The translations under genes and the position numbers were made by a program. This document shows positions 46,727 to 56,253 of a DNA stretch of 64,000 nt, in pieces (position 1 is the stretch's first letter; each line of letters opens with the position of its first letter). The notes under the pieces are model-generated. The model saw only the letters and a list, made by a program, of their open reading frames with translations, did no database searches and was not told where the DNA came from. Source of the DNA: an uncultured bacterium (GTDB lineage: Bacteria; Patescibacteriota; Minisyncoccia; Phycocordibacterales; GWA1-40-21); assembly GCA_903831305.1 (NCBI GenBank), contig CAIKXE010000004.1, forward strand, positions 147,524 through 211,523, in the 5' to 3' direction.

Positions 46727-47398
46727 ATGAAAACAAAGAATAAAATATTAATTAGTCTTGCTGTAGTTATGCTCATAGTATCAGCTAGTGTGGCATCAGT
46801 GTCAGCTACAGTAAGCTCAGAACAAAATTTGAATTCTAGTTTAGAGAGCGGACTAACAGGGGATGTTCATAATTGTTCTCCTTTGACTGTTGCCAATGGA
46901 TCAGTGGCTGCTTATCCCACCTGCACCATAACCTGTAATTCAGGTTATTCTTTAAGCGGGATCTCTTGTCTTGCTCGCAGTAGTGGAAGTAGTGGAGGAG
47001 GGGGTGGTGGAGGGTCAGGCAACACTTTTGTAGCAACAACGACCGTTACGACTACTGGAGGGGGCTCAGCTCGTGCTGGATACCAGTTTAATAATGACCT
47101 CGGGATCGGTTCAACTGGTACGGATGTAGTAGAATTGCAGAAAATATTAGTAGCTGGGGGTTATTTAGTAATGCCAGCTGGGGTCGCTATGGGGACTTAT
47201 GGACCAATGACGGTGGCCGCTGTCCGCGCTTACCAATTAGCTAATGGTTTGCCTTCCGTGGGGGTTGTGGGGCCACAAACCAGAGCTAAATTAAATGGTG
47301 GTGGTATGTCAACCGGGGCCTTTATTGACCTCCTTCTGCTACTTGGTATCATTTCTCCAGATAAGGCGGCATCTGCCAGACTTATTCTTGGTTTATAA
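46727..47398 (+). CDS. Small secreted protein with Gly-rich linker and C-terminal PG_binding_1 domain
   Basis: Signal peptide, GSSGGGGGGGSG linker, then LGIGSTGTDVVELQKIL…GTYGPMTVAAVRAYQLANGLPSVGVVGPQTRAKL. Confidence 0.55.
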   Translation: MKTKNKILISLAVVMLIVSASVASVSATVSSEQNLNSSLESGLTGDVHNCSPLTVANGSVAAYPTCTITCNSGYSLSGISCLARSSGSSGGGGGGGSGNTFVATTTVTTTGGGSARAGYQFNNDLGIGSTGTDVVELQKILVAGGYLVMPAGVAMGTYGPMTVAAVRAYQLANGLPSVGVVGPQTRAKLNGGGMSTGAFIDLLLLLGIISPDKAASARLILGL

Positions 47399-47439
47399 AA
47401 TATTTTTTGTAGAGCCTTTATTTTAGTTATAGAGCAACA

Positions 47440-47463
47440 CAAAAACCACTATACAGTGGTTTT
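47440..47463. terminator. Bidirectional hairpin terminator
   Basis: aaaaaccactatacagtggttttt, between convergent genes. Confidence 0.5.
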
Positions 47464-47469
47464 TGTATA

Positions 47470-48258
47470 TTAGAAAAAAGATTTAATTAGCCTCAGTTTT
47501 GCCCAGATGATGGCGGAAAACCAGCCCGGATACCGGCCAAAGTTTCTAATGATTATTTTATAGTGATTCCAAGCCATAATTACTTTTCTTTTCTGTGAAA
47601 TACTGCCCGAGTGCCTAGTATAGGCAGTGGTAATTTTAACCAGATTCTTCATTTTACCTAGTCGGCCGAGTCTCAGAAAGAGGTCCAAGTCTTCCACACA
47701 GGATAGTCTCTCGTCATAACCACCTGCTTTTGTTATAAGCTCCTGGCGGATTAAGACACTGGAGTGGGGGATTTGATTATCTTTTAGAATATTTTCTCGG
47801 ATTATCTGATCCTCAATAGCAAAATTAGTCTCTTTAATGAGGTCACCTTTTTCATTTATTATTCTGATATTTGAGCCAATCAAGGCATAGTCAGAATTTT
47901 GCTCTAAAAAGTCATATTGTTTCTGTAATTTATCATTATCCAGCCAATAATCATCACTATCTAGGACAGCGATATACTGGCCAGGAGCTAGTTTCAAGGC
48001 CTTATTTCTATTAGCAGAAATACCTAAAGCTGGTGAGTTTTTATAATACTTTATCCGGCTATCATTGACTGTGTAAGAGGCCACAATGGCCTCTGTAGCA
48101 TCCTTAGAATCATCATCGGAGACTATGAGCTCCCAGTCTGTAAAGGACTGTTTTTGGGCACTTTCAAGGGCTTGGGCTATGAAGTCAGCCCTATTTCTAG
48201 TGACGGTTATAATACTAATTTTTGGTTTTATATTTGTATCCATGTGATTTCTGATCAT
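47470..48258 (-). CDS. Family 2 glycosyltransferase
   Basis: ISIITVTRNRADFIAQALESAQKQSF…ELIVSDDDSKD (GT-A fold, DxD). Confidence 0.8.
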   Translation of the reverse strand: MIRNHMDTNIKPKISIITVTRNRADFIAQALESAQKQSFTDWELIVSDDDSKDATEAIVASYTVNDSRIKYYKNSPALGISANRNKALKLAPGQYIAVLDSDDYWLDNDKLQKQYDFLEQNSDYALIGSNIRIINEKGDLIKETNFAIEDQIIRENILKDNQIPHSSVLIRQELITKAGGYDERLSCVEDLDLFLRLGRLGKMKNLVKITTAYTRHSGSISQKRKVIMAWNHYKIIIRNFGRYPGWFSAIIWAKLRLIKSFF

Positions 48259-48269
48259 ACTGACAAGTA

Positions 48270-49109
48270 TTAAATTTTAATCCACTCTGGTGGCAGTAAA
48301 TTTGCGTATTCTTTTTGATGGAAGTTATTCCATTTCTTGGGTGCGATTACTATTTTATTTGGATTTTGATTTAGCCAAGCTATCCAAAAAGTAAAACTAC
48401 TGTTTGCAATAATATTGTGTTTGCATTTAGTTGCAATCATGAAATTATCGTAGACAGGGATATTAGCGTCAGAAAATATAATTGGTAAATCAGTTTTTAA
48501 ATTAATTTTGCACCATTCAATATCATCAGAAAAAATGAACAAAGTAGGGCTGGGCACCTTTTCTTTTATTAATCTAAGGGCTTTTTCATAATATTCAATA
48601 TTAAATGTTATCCACTCCTTCGCAAATTTTGGATTACTAACATAATCTCCTCTACGAACTCCTACATAAACTGAATTAGTATTTTCTATTTCTGATATAA
48701 TACCATATTTTTTAATAGTATTATCCTTCAGTGATACCTCCCTCAGAAGTTCACTCCGTATGGGCTCAAGGTATTTATAGCTTTGCCAATATCCTTCCAT
48801 ATAACCACTTTTGCTTTTTAGTAATCTAGGGATATATCCGATATTAAATGATCTTAAGACTTTTGTTTTAGCTAGCTCCAAGATTCTTGAAACTACCCCA
48901 AGTGGGTACCCTACTTTTTTAAGTTCCTCGTCCGAGGCTATCTCTACTTCTGTGTTTAAATAGCCAAGAAAATATTCTCTTATGCTATCATTCTTGTTTA
49001 CGAGGAATTTATATTTTACTTCAACATTATTTTTAACAGACAAAAGCCTCCCAAAAGAATATTGAAATAACTGGTTTCCAGGCCCACCACGTAATCGTAT
49101 TATTATCAT
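48270..49109 (-). CDS. Alpha-1,2-fucosyltransferase (GT11 family)
   Basis: N-terminal motif IIRLRGGPGNQLFQYSFG (GT11 signature GGLGNQMFQYA). Start set at the internal MIIIRL so as not to overlap the upstream gene. Confidence 0.7.
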   Translation of the reverse strand: MIIIRLRGGPGNQLFQYSFGRLLSVKNNVEVKYKFLVNKNDSIREYFLGYLNTEVEIASDEELKKVGYPLGVVSRILELAKTKVLRSFNIGYIPRLLKSKSGYMEGYWQSYKYLEPIRSELLREVSLKDNTIKKYGIISEIENTNSVYVGVRRGDYVSNPKFAKEWITFNIEYYEKALRLIKEKVPSPTLFIFSDDIEWCKINLKTDLPIIFSDANIPVYDNFMIATKCKHNIIANSSFTFWIAWLNQNPNKIVIAPKKWNNFHQKEYANLLPPEWIKI

Positions 49110-49114
49110 AGTGA

Positions 49115-50155
49115 TTATTTTTTTAAGATAGTCCTTTTTATTAAAATAACTTTTTTGGCTATGTTTTTTAGGTAAAAATATATTTTGTAGTGTAACCTTG
49201 CCGTCCTCCACTTTTTGTTATTTTTTATTTTTTCATCCAGACCGGTTTTATATGATATTCCCTGATATTTTTCAAAGAAGTTTATAAATTCCAGAGTCTG
49301 CTTTTCTAAACTTAAATTTTCGATTATGTATTTTCTTGGCTCAAAACTTGACCAGTTCTCTTCCATCTTATGTATTGAATTCTCAATCTCCTTCATGTTT
49401 TTTGTCTTTATCCCACACCTGTCATCAAAATAATATGCAGAAGTTGTATCCGAATATAGTAGCTCGGCTGGTGTGTATATCTTTTCCTCTTTATTTGTTG
49501 GTACCCAGTGTCCAATATTTAAAACGTCCCAGACTAAAATGGGGACGTTCATGGAAAGAGCCTCCTCCAATGCAATACCTTGACTCTCCTGTCTTCCAAG
49601 CCAAATAAGGTATTTTGTATTTCTTAGCTTTTCTATGTAGTCACTTTGTTTGTATGAACCATAAATAATTATTTCATGTTTGATTTCTAATTCATTTAGT
49701 ATTTTTTTAATATGCTCTAACTCACTGTCGTATCTTTGTTTAAAATATATTAAAACAATACCATTGGTTGGTTTTTGTCTCTCGGAAAATTCATATGTAT
49801 CAATTCCTACTGGCCAATAGACAAAAGGACATTTGTTAAATCCAAAACTTCTCCAGACACCAGCTGACCATTTTGAGGGTTGGATGTATATAAGGTTAGA
49901 AAAATTAATGTCCACGGGGATATTTCTCGGAAGTATGTAAAGATTTGGGCCAACAACTGCCTTAATCTTTTTCTTTGATACCTCCCTCAGAGCTTCAACA
50001 TCATCGTGTATCCACAATTGCGATGTTGTATCTAGGGCTCTGTTAATACAATAGGGGTAATTTAAGAGATCAAGACCTTTTATTAAATTTGTAGCTACTT
50101 TTTGTGGTCCCGAAGTATAACCAGACGCGACCGATTTTGAAATTATATTTATCAT
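49115..50155 (-). CDS. Putative GT-B (GT4-like) glycosyltransferase
   Basis: C-terminal E-x7-E-like region ESQGIALEEALSMNVPILVWD. N-terminus not diagnostic. Confidence 0.45.
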   Translation of the reverse strand: MINIISKSVASGYTSGPQKVATNLIKGLDLLNYPYCINRALDTTSQLWIHDDVEALREVSKKKIKAVVGPNLYILPRNIPVDINFSNLIYIQPSKWSAGVWRSFGFNKCPFVYWPVGIDTYEFSERQKPTNGIVLIYFKQRYDSELEHIKKILNELEIKHEIIIYGSYKQSDYIEKLRNTKYLIWLGRQESQGIALEEALSMNVPILVWDVLNIGHWVPTNKEEKIYTPAELLYSDTTSAYYFDDRCGIKTKNMKEIENSIHKMEENWSSFEPRKYIIENLSLEKQTLEFINFFEKYQGISYKTGLDEKIKNNKKWRTARLHYKIYFYLKNIAKKVILIKRTILKK

Positions 50156-50252
50156 GCTTTTGTTAAAATCTAAAAATATATTATTTTTAAGTTTAGCACG
50201 TTTTTAGCCTTAGGACTAGAAATTAGTCACTGTTTTGTGTTAGTATGTATGA

Positions 50253-51245
50253 ATGGATAGAGTAACAAAAAGATGTTCGCTTTGTAATAGTTTGGCCAAA
50301 CTGGAGTATCAAAATATGAAAGGGTATATAGAGAATTCTCGTTTTGACATATACAGTTGTACTGTTTGCGAGGCTTCGTTTGCAGACCCATTAAAATCTG
50401 ATGAAAAGATATATAATTATATTTATAAGCAGGCAGAAAGAGTGCCTGGGTATGAAAGATATTTTAGATTTTCAAAACTTGCTAAAAAAGTTATAAATCC
50501 ATTATGGTATTTGTGTAATGCGGAAGGTGTATATTGGTCTGTAAGAGAAGCATTACAGAAAAACTTTCAAGAGCAAAAGAATATCTCTATTCTTGAAGTG
50601 GGTAGTGGTTTGGGGTATCTAACATATAGCCTAAATACGGCCGGATATAAAACAACCGGTGTTGATATTTCTGAAGATGCCATACTTAAGGCAAAGAAGT
50701 ATTATGGAGATTTTTATGAGGTCGGGAATATATTTAAATTAGCAGAAGCAAGAATAAAAAAATATGACTGTGTTATTATGACAGAAATAGTTGAACATGT
50801 GGAAGACCCAAGAGGTTTTATTCAAGCATGTTTATCTCTTTTGAAGAGCGGTGGTAAATTAATACTGACCACACCTAATAAGTCTGCAACTCCAGCTGGG
50901 ACTATTTGGCAAGGGGATATACCATCTGTTCATTTGTGGTTTCTGGCGGAAAAAAGCATTTTAAAAATGGCAGAGAGTTTAGGAAGGAGATGCGAATTTA
51001 TTGATTTTACTGAATATTCAAGAATGTATTATACTCCAAGTCGTGTATATTCAATGGACGAGATTCAATCAGAAGCTCCTCGTCTTTCGAAAAATGGTCA
51101 AATTTTTCCTGGCAGGGAAGCAGGTCGAATAAAATCGTTCTTTTTTGGTTTAAAAGTTAGATATTGGCTATCATATATTAGAAGGAGACTCAAGGTAAAA
51201 CAAGTATCTCATCGCACGATTAATCTATGCGCTGTTCTTTCTTAG
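50253..51245 (+). CDS. Class I SAM-dependent methyltransferase with N-terminal Cys4 zinc-ribbon
   Basis: CSLCNS…CTVCE ribbon, then motif I ILEVGSGLGYLT and post-I/II motifs (DCVIMTEIVEHVEDP). Confidence 0.7.
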   Translation: MDRVTKRCSLCNSLAKLEYQNMKGYIENSRFDIYSCTVCEASFADPLKSDEKIYNYIYKQAERVPGYERYFRFSKLAKKVINPLWYLCNAEGVYWSVREALQKNFQEQKNISILEVGSGLGYLTYSLNTAGYKTTGVDISEDAILKAKKYYGDFYEVGNIFKLAEARIKKYDCVIMTEIVEHVEDPRGFIQACLSLLKSGGKLILTTPNKSATPAGTIWQGDIPSVHLWFLAEKSILKMAESLGRRCEFIDFTEYSRMYYTPSRVYSMDEIQSEAPRLSKNGQIFPGREAGRIKSFFFGLKVRYWLSYIRRRLKVKQVSHRTINLCAVLS

Positions 51246-51312
51246 TTTTTAACGGTTATGAGTATCATTTTTTAATAAAACCTAAATATACTTTATAAAT
51301 AATATCAATAAC

Positions 51313-52011
51313 ATGAACTTAATCACCATTATAAAGAAAAGTATACCCAAGTCTTTGTTTGAACCAGGTAAGAGAATTTTTCACTTTTTTTCAGACAAAA
51401 AAATATATACAAATTTTAATGTGAGAACTATTTACATGGGACATCAAAAAACTACATATCGAGGTATCAAGGCCATCAAGTGTCCATTTGATTATGTTAT
51501 ATACCAAATGATTATTTCTGAATTAAAACCTGATTTAGTTATTGAGATCGGGACTCATAGTGGTGGGGGTGCACTATACTTGGCCGACCTTCTTACTGTT
51601 ATTGGTAATGGGGTTGTTCATACTATTGACATAGCTCCAATTTCAGATAATTTACCAGCTAGTCACCCTAGAATAAAGTTTTTTACAAAAGGGTGGGAGG
51701 GTTATGATTTAAAAGAGACAGAGGGTTTTTGTAAAATATTGGTTATTGAGGACGGTGCTCATACGTATGAACACTCTATTGGTGCAATAAAGAAGTTTTC
51801 TCCACTTGTATCTGTCGGGTCATACCTTATAGTTGAGGATGGGATACTTGATGAACTTGGTATGAAAAAGAGTTATAACGGAGGTCCGGTGAGAGCCATA
51901 GAGGAGTTTTTGAAGATTAATAAGGACTTTGTTATTGATAGAGAAAGATGTGATTTTTTTGGCAAGAACGCGACTTTTAATGTAAATGGCTACCTTAAAA
52001 GAATAAAATAA
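51313..52011 (+). CDS. CmcI/cephalosporin-hydroxylase-family methyltransferase (sugar O-methyltransferase-like)
   Basis: KCPFDYVIYQMIISELKPDLVIEIGTHSGGGALYLADL is characteristic of the CmcI family. Confidence 0.6.
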   Translation: MNLITIIKKSIPKSLFEPGKRIFHFFSDKKIYTNFNVRTIYMGHQKTTYRGIKAIKCPFDYVIYQMIISELKPDLVIEIGTHSGGGALYLADLLTVIGNGVVHTIDIAPISDNLPASHPRIKFFTKGWEGYDLKETEGFCKILVIEDGAHTYEHSIGAIKKFSPLVSVGSYLIVEDGILDELGMKKSYNGGPVRAIEEFLKINKDFVIDRERCDFFGKNATFNVNGYLKRIK

Positions 52012-52012
52012 C

Positions 52013-52960
52013 TTGATGAAAACATTTCCTCCGCTAACAGTTTTGTTTAAAGGTCTGATAACTTTTATTCCGGGAGCTTATAAGATTTTTTGCAAGGGTA
52101 CTGGTGGAACAATTTCCTCTCGATATTGTTATTCTGTCTGGATGAGACATCTAGTGGTAACACAGGGTGCTAGAAATGGTATTATGCCAAAAGTCGTTGG
52201 TGAACTCGGGCCAGGGGACTCTATCGGTATTGGTCTCGCAAGTTTGCTTTCTGGGGTGGAAAAATACTTTGCATTGGATGTGGTTAAACACATAGATGTA
52301 AAAAGAAATTTAAAGATCCTTGAAGAATTGGTTGTTATGTTTAAAAACAAAGAGCGAATTCCTGATAAAAAGGAATTTCCAAATATTATACCATTGCTTG
52401 ATAATTATGATTTTCCTTCTAACATTCTTACCAGTGAGATTTTGTTTACGTCGTTAGCAGACAAGAAATTAAAACAAATTAGGAAAAGTGTTAGCAATAA
52501 TGCTTCTATGGAGCCTATGATCTCATATTTTGCTCCATGGGATGATAAAAATATTATTTCTCCCGGCGTGGCTGATATGATTTTCTCACAATTTGTGTTA
52601 GAGCATGTCAATGACCTAGAGAAATCCTATGGTGCGATGTTTACCTGGCTAAAATTTGGTGGTGTTCTTTCCAATGTTATTGATTTCCAATGCCATGGTA
52701 CATCTAGTGAGTGGAATGGTCACTGGTTGTATTCTAAATTATTATGGAAACTCATTGTTGGTGGAAGGTCGTTTCTTTTGAATAGACAGCCCGCTCAGTT
52801 TCATATAGATATTTTGGAGAGAAATAAATTTAAGGTTTTGAAAACAGAGCGGTTTTATAGAGAGTCAAAGATTTCTATAAAATCTTTGGCCGCAGAATAC
52901 GCTACTATTAGTTACGGTGATTTACAAACAACCATGATTTATATGCAGGCTGTGAAATAA
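52013..52960 (+). CDS. Putative SAM-dependent methyltransferase
   Basis: LGPGDSIGIGLASLL (motif I-like) and FSQFVLEHVNDL (motif II/III-like). Weak. Confidence 0.45.
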   Translation: MMKTFPPLTVLFKGLITFIPGAYKIFCKGTGGTISSRYCYSVWMRHLVVTQGARNGIMPKVVGELGPGDSIGIGLASLLSGVEKYFALDVVKHIDVKRNLKILEELVVMFKNKERIPDKKEFPNIIPLLDNYDFPSNILTSEILFTSLADKKLKQIRKSVSNNASMEPMISYFAPWDDKNIISPGVADMIFSQFVLEHVNDLEKSYGAMFTWLKFGGVLSNVIDFQCHGTSSEWNGHWLYSKLLWKLIVGGRSFLLNRQPAQFHIDILERNKFKVLKTERFYRESKISIKSLAAEYATISYGDLQTTMIYMQAVK

Positions 52961-52983
52961 GCAAATTTCTGAAAAGATTTTTT

Positions 52984-54414
52984 TTAAAAGTTTATGAAAG
53001 TTCCATCGACGCTTACATATCCACTTAACCCTTGTTCATTAAGAATTTTGTAGCCAGTCATCTCTTTTTTAAAAGTTTTTTCTAGCATGAGTTTATTATT
53101 CATAGCTATATTTAGGGTGCAAAGCCAAACTGCAAAGTCTTTTTTATTTATCTTATAAAAACAAGTGATCAAAATACCCGCATCAGTTCTAAACATTGAA
53201 TCATTATTTTCCCATCTATCCCAATCAAACTTTTCATTTAGCCAATATCTGCCAGAAATTTTAAAGATATTTTGGTAGAGGGGTAGGGCTATTATTTGCA
53301 ACCCTTTATAAATCATAGTGCCTTCCGCAATGTTTTTATATTTTCCATCGATCTTTTTCCTTAATTGATCTGTACCTCCATCATATATATTTAAAAATAG
53401 ATCTGTTTTTTCCCTTATTTCTCTTTCCCACTCGGCTGTGATGGTGCTACCTTCAATGTGAAGGATAAAGGAATTGGGTATCTTTCTCAGGCTTTCTATC
53501 GTCTTTATTGTCTGGTCAAATCTTTCTTGTGCAGAAAAAACAGATCTTTTTTTGGTATAGTTTAGCGGGTTAGATGATATGTTTATTACTGAAGTAATAA
53601 TACATAGATTCTTCGGTTTATTTTTCATACTTTCTTTTAACTCACTAATCTGTGTTTCTATCGGTGGTAATTGAATATCGGACTCCAGGCATTTATTAAT
53701 AGCTTGTCCTGTAGCGTATGGTTCTATGTTTACATTTTTAGCATAAATTTTAAAAATAGTATTAATCAAATTATACTTATTTATAATTTCGTTCGTCCCG
53801 TATTGGTTTAATACTGGTGTGTTATTCCAGTCAATTATTATTTTTTCACAAATTTTACACCACTGTCTAGTCGTTATCCCGTTCCAGTAGTGATCAGTGT
53901 AGCCCCTTATTGTGCCTTGGGCTGAGAGAGCCCAGTCTAAAAGTGAAACTTTGTTTTCTGATAGCTCATGGCCAATAATTGAAGTACGGATTATCTTGGT
54001 ATTCTTAAACTTCTTTTCTATCTGTTCTGATATATATGCTTTACTTTTACCATAAGGATCTACCGCATCCCGCTTACTGTTTTTGCTGTATTTTTTACTA
54101 ATACCTAAATTTCCTGAAAACTCACAGTCGGTCGATGGGTGAATGACCTTCTTTCCGAGTGTTTCAAGGAATATCGGTAAATCAATATTTAATTCTTTGT
54201 ATTTTTTTGGCTGATTAGAATATTTTTGTGGGGTAGCACCAATACAATTAATAATAAAATCCGCATCCGTCGATAATAGTTTTTTATTAAATTCTATATC
54301 TCCCCACCTCTCATTCAATATATATAAGGTGTATTTTTGGTAATATTGGGAAAAATATCTAAAAACTTCACTGCCCAACATTCCTTTGTGTCCCAGAATC
54401 ATTAATCTAATCAT
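52984..54414 (-). CDS. Fusion protein: N-terminal RmlD-like NAD(P)-dependent sugar-nucleotide reductase/epimerase domain plus C-terminal ~270-aa domain of unknown function
   Basis: MILGHKGMLGSEV… Rossmann start typical of dTDP-4-dehydrorhamnose reductase-like enzymes. The C-terminal half (from ~aa 200) has no recognised motifs. Confidence 0.5.
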   Translation of the reverse strand: MIRLMILGHKGMLGSEVFRYFSQYYQKYTLYILNERWGDIEFNKKLLSTDADFIINCIGATPQKYSNQPKKYKELNIDLPIFLETLGKKVIHPSTDCEFSGNLGISKKYSKNSKRDAVDPYGKSKAYISEQIEKKFKNTKIIRTSIIGHELSENKVSLLDWALSAQGTIRGYTDHYWNGITTRQWCKICEKIIIDWNNTPVLNQYGTNEIINKYNLINTIFKIYAKNVNIEPYATGQAINKCLESDIQLPPIETQISELKESMKNKPKNLCIITSVINISSNPLNYTKKRSVFSAQERFDQTIKTIESLRKIPNSFILHIEGSTITAEWEREIREKTDLFLNIYDGGTDQLRKKIDGKYKNIAEGTMIYKGLQIIALPLYQNIFKISGRYWLNEKFDWDRWENNDSMFRTDAGILITCFYKINKKDFAVWLCTLNIAMNNKLMLEKTFKKEMTGYKILNEQGLSGYVSVDGTFINF

Positions 54415-55355
54415 ATTGAAGGTTTGAAATACTTATACTTAGACAATATTTTATTTAGTTCCTCTTTTGATACACAGTGGTCTCTGGAGTCAAACACCTT
54501 TTGTGCTGTGAGCGTCTTTCTCTCGGATATATTTTTGTAGTGAATTAAGAAAAAATCCTTTTTCTTCACATATGTTACCCTGTTTGTTTCGTATGGTGAA
54601 ATCATTTGCTCATGATCCTTCTCTGATATACGAGGGGAGCCATTTACCCACCTTAGACCAAATTTTTCTTTGTATATTTCAAAGAGATCTAGTAATTTGA
54701 AAGCTTTAAGATTTGGAACAATATTATATCCTGTATAATTTACAGCAATTTCAACACAATCAATGGCTTGTTCGACGTCTATCATGAAGCGTGTCATTTC
54801 TTCTGAATATAGTTTTACTGGGTAGTTATTTTTAATTGAGTCCCAAATTAAAGGGATGATAGAACCTGTAGAATTTAAGACATTTCCATATATTACTGAA
54901 GATAATTTAGTAGATTCATTTTCAGCGTTTAGGATGAAGGCTTCACCTGCCACAAACTTCATTGCCCCATAAAGTGTGGTTGGGCACCTACTTTTATCTG
55001 AAGAAATAAATATACCAGCCTTAAGTTTGTTTTGTATTGCTGCCCTTCTAGAGTTAAAAGCACCATGTATAATAATTTCTAACGCTTCCTCGGGGTTCTC
55101 ATCTACCGCGCCTATTTGTTTCATTGATGCAGCAAAAATACCTATTGTGTGACCGCGAATACTCTTTTCCAGTAGTTCGTAATTTCTGACATCCCCAATT
55201 ATACAGTTAATTCTTGGAAATTGTTTCTTTATATAATAGTGTTTTGCCTCATCCCTGCTGAATATTGTAATTTCGTTTTTGTCGTAGAACCTTTTAATAA
55301 GGTTTTTACCTAAATACCCTGCACCACCTGTGATAAATATTTTTTCATTCTTCAT
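54411..55355 (-). CDS. Polysacc_synt_2-family sugar-nucleotide 4,6-dehydratase/epimerase (PseB/CapD/FlaA1-like)
   Basis: IFITGGAGYLGKNLIKRF…IFSRDEAKH. SDR extended family with the characteristic short spacing. Confidence 0.75.
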   Translation of the reverse strand: MKNEKIFITGGAGYLGKNLIKRFYDKNEITIFSRDEAKHYYIKKQFPRINCIIGDVRNYELLEKSIRGHTIGIFAASMKQIGAVDENPEEALEIIIHGAFNSRRAAIQNKLKAGIFISSDKSRCPTTLYGAMKFVAGEAFILNAENESTKLSSVIYGNVLNSTGSIIPLIWDSIKNNYPVKLYSEEMTRFMIDVEQAIDCVEIAVNYTGYNIVPNLKAFKLLDLFEIYKEKFGLRWVNGSPRISEKDHEQMISPYETNRVTYVKKKDFFLIHYKNISERKTLTAQKVFDSRDHCVSKEELNKILSKYKYFKPSI

Positions 55356-55368
55356 ATTTGTAAATATT

Positions 55369-56253
55369 TTAATTAATAAACTTTTTTAAAAACCTGACAA
55401 TCGGTACACTATATGGTATGAACTTTATAATTTGCTTTGCTGCTATTAATGTGGTTGTTTCTTTAATTTTGTATTCAGGCCACTTCTTAAGGTAATGCTT
55501 ATAAAATCTTTGGTAGTAATTATTATAAAACCTACACCAGGGCTTATATCCAGTAGTGTAGTGTAAAATAATTGGATCTGGCTTGACTCTGGTCTGACTC
55601 CTGTCTACTTGCAGGTTCCACTTCTTTTCTAACGGCAACCATTTATCTATACATAGAAAGTTTAGCACATCTTGGTCAGCGTAAATTAGCTCCTTAGAGT
55701 GTTTTTTTACGAATTCGATTGCTTTCGCTGTAAAGTCTTCCTGCCTCATTTTATCTAAATTCATAAGTAAAATTCCACTATTAAAATATTTTTTAATATA
55801 TTTAAAAAATGGACAATTCATTTTTAGTACTTGTTCCGCCACACTGTCTTCTACTGCGGCCAATAAATAGCAATCTAAACTATTTTCATATAAACCCTCA
55901 ATGTTTCCTATTACCAACGTGTCACAGTCTATGTAGATACATTTTTCTACATCTTTTAATATATCTGGAATACAAAGTCTGTAATAGGCGGGCAAAGTAT
56001 AATAGTACATTTGTGGAAAATCAGCAAAAATCTCAGTATTAACCTTAATAAAATTTATTTTTGTTTTATATATTTTGCCAATGTTTGTTAGTTTGACCTT
56101 GTTTTCATCTTTAATATCCCCATCAAGAATATTAATTATTAGCTGGTACTTATCTGATTGGAAGTTATCAAGCAAAGAATGCATAGAAACACCTAGCGGC
56201 TGAGAATAATTATCGTCAGAGGAATATACAATATTAATATCTTTTTTATTCAT
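55369..56253 (-). CDS. Family 8 glycosyltransferase (LPS alpha-1,3-galactosyl/glucosyltransferase-like)
   Basis: NIVYSSDDNYSQPLGVSMHSLL and DxD YIDCDTLV. Confidence 0.75.
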   Translation of the reverse strand: MNKKDINIVYSSDDNYSQPLGVSMHSLLDNFQSDKYQLIINILDGDIKDENKVKLTNIGKIYKTKINFIKVNTEIFADFPQMYYYTLPAYYRLCIPDILKDVEKCIYIDCDTLVIGNIEGLYENSLDCYLLAAVEDSVAEQVLKMNCPFFKYIKKYFNSGILLMNLDKMRQEDFTAKAIEFVKKHSKELIYADQDVLNFLCIDKWLPLEKKWNLQVDRSQTRVKPDPIILHYTTGYKPWCRFYNNYYQRFYKHYLKKWPEYKIKETTTLIAAKQIIKFIPYSVPIVRFLKKFIN

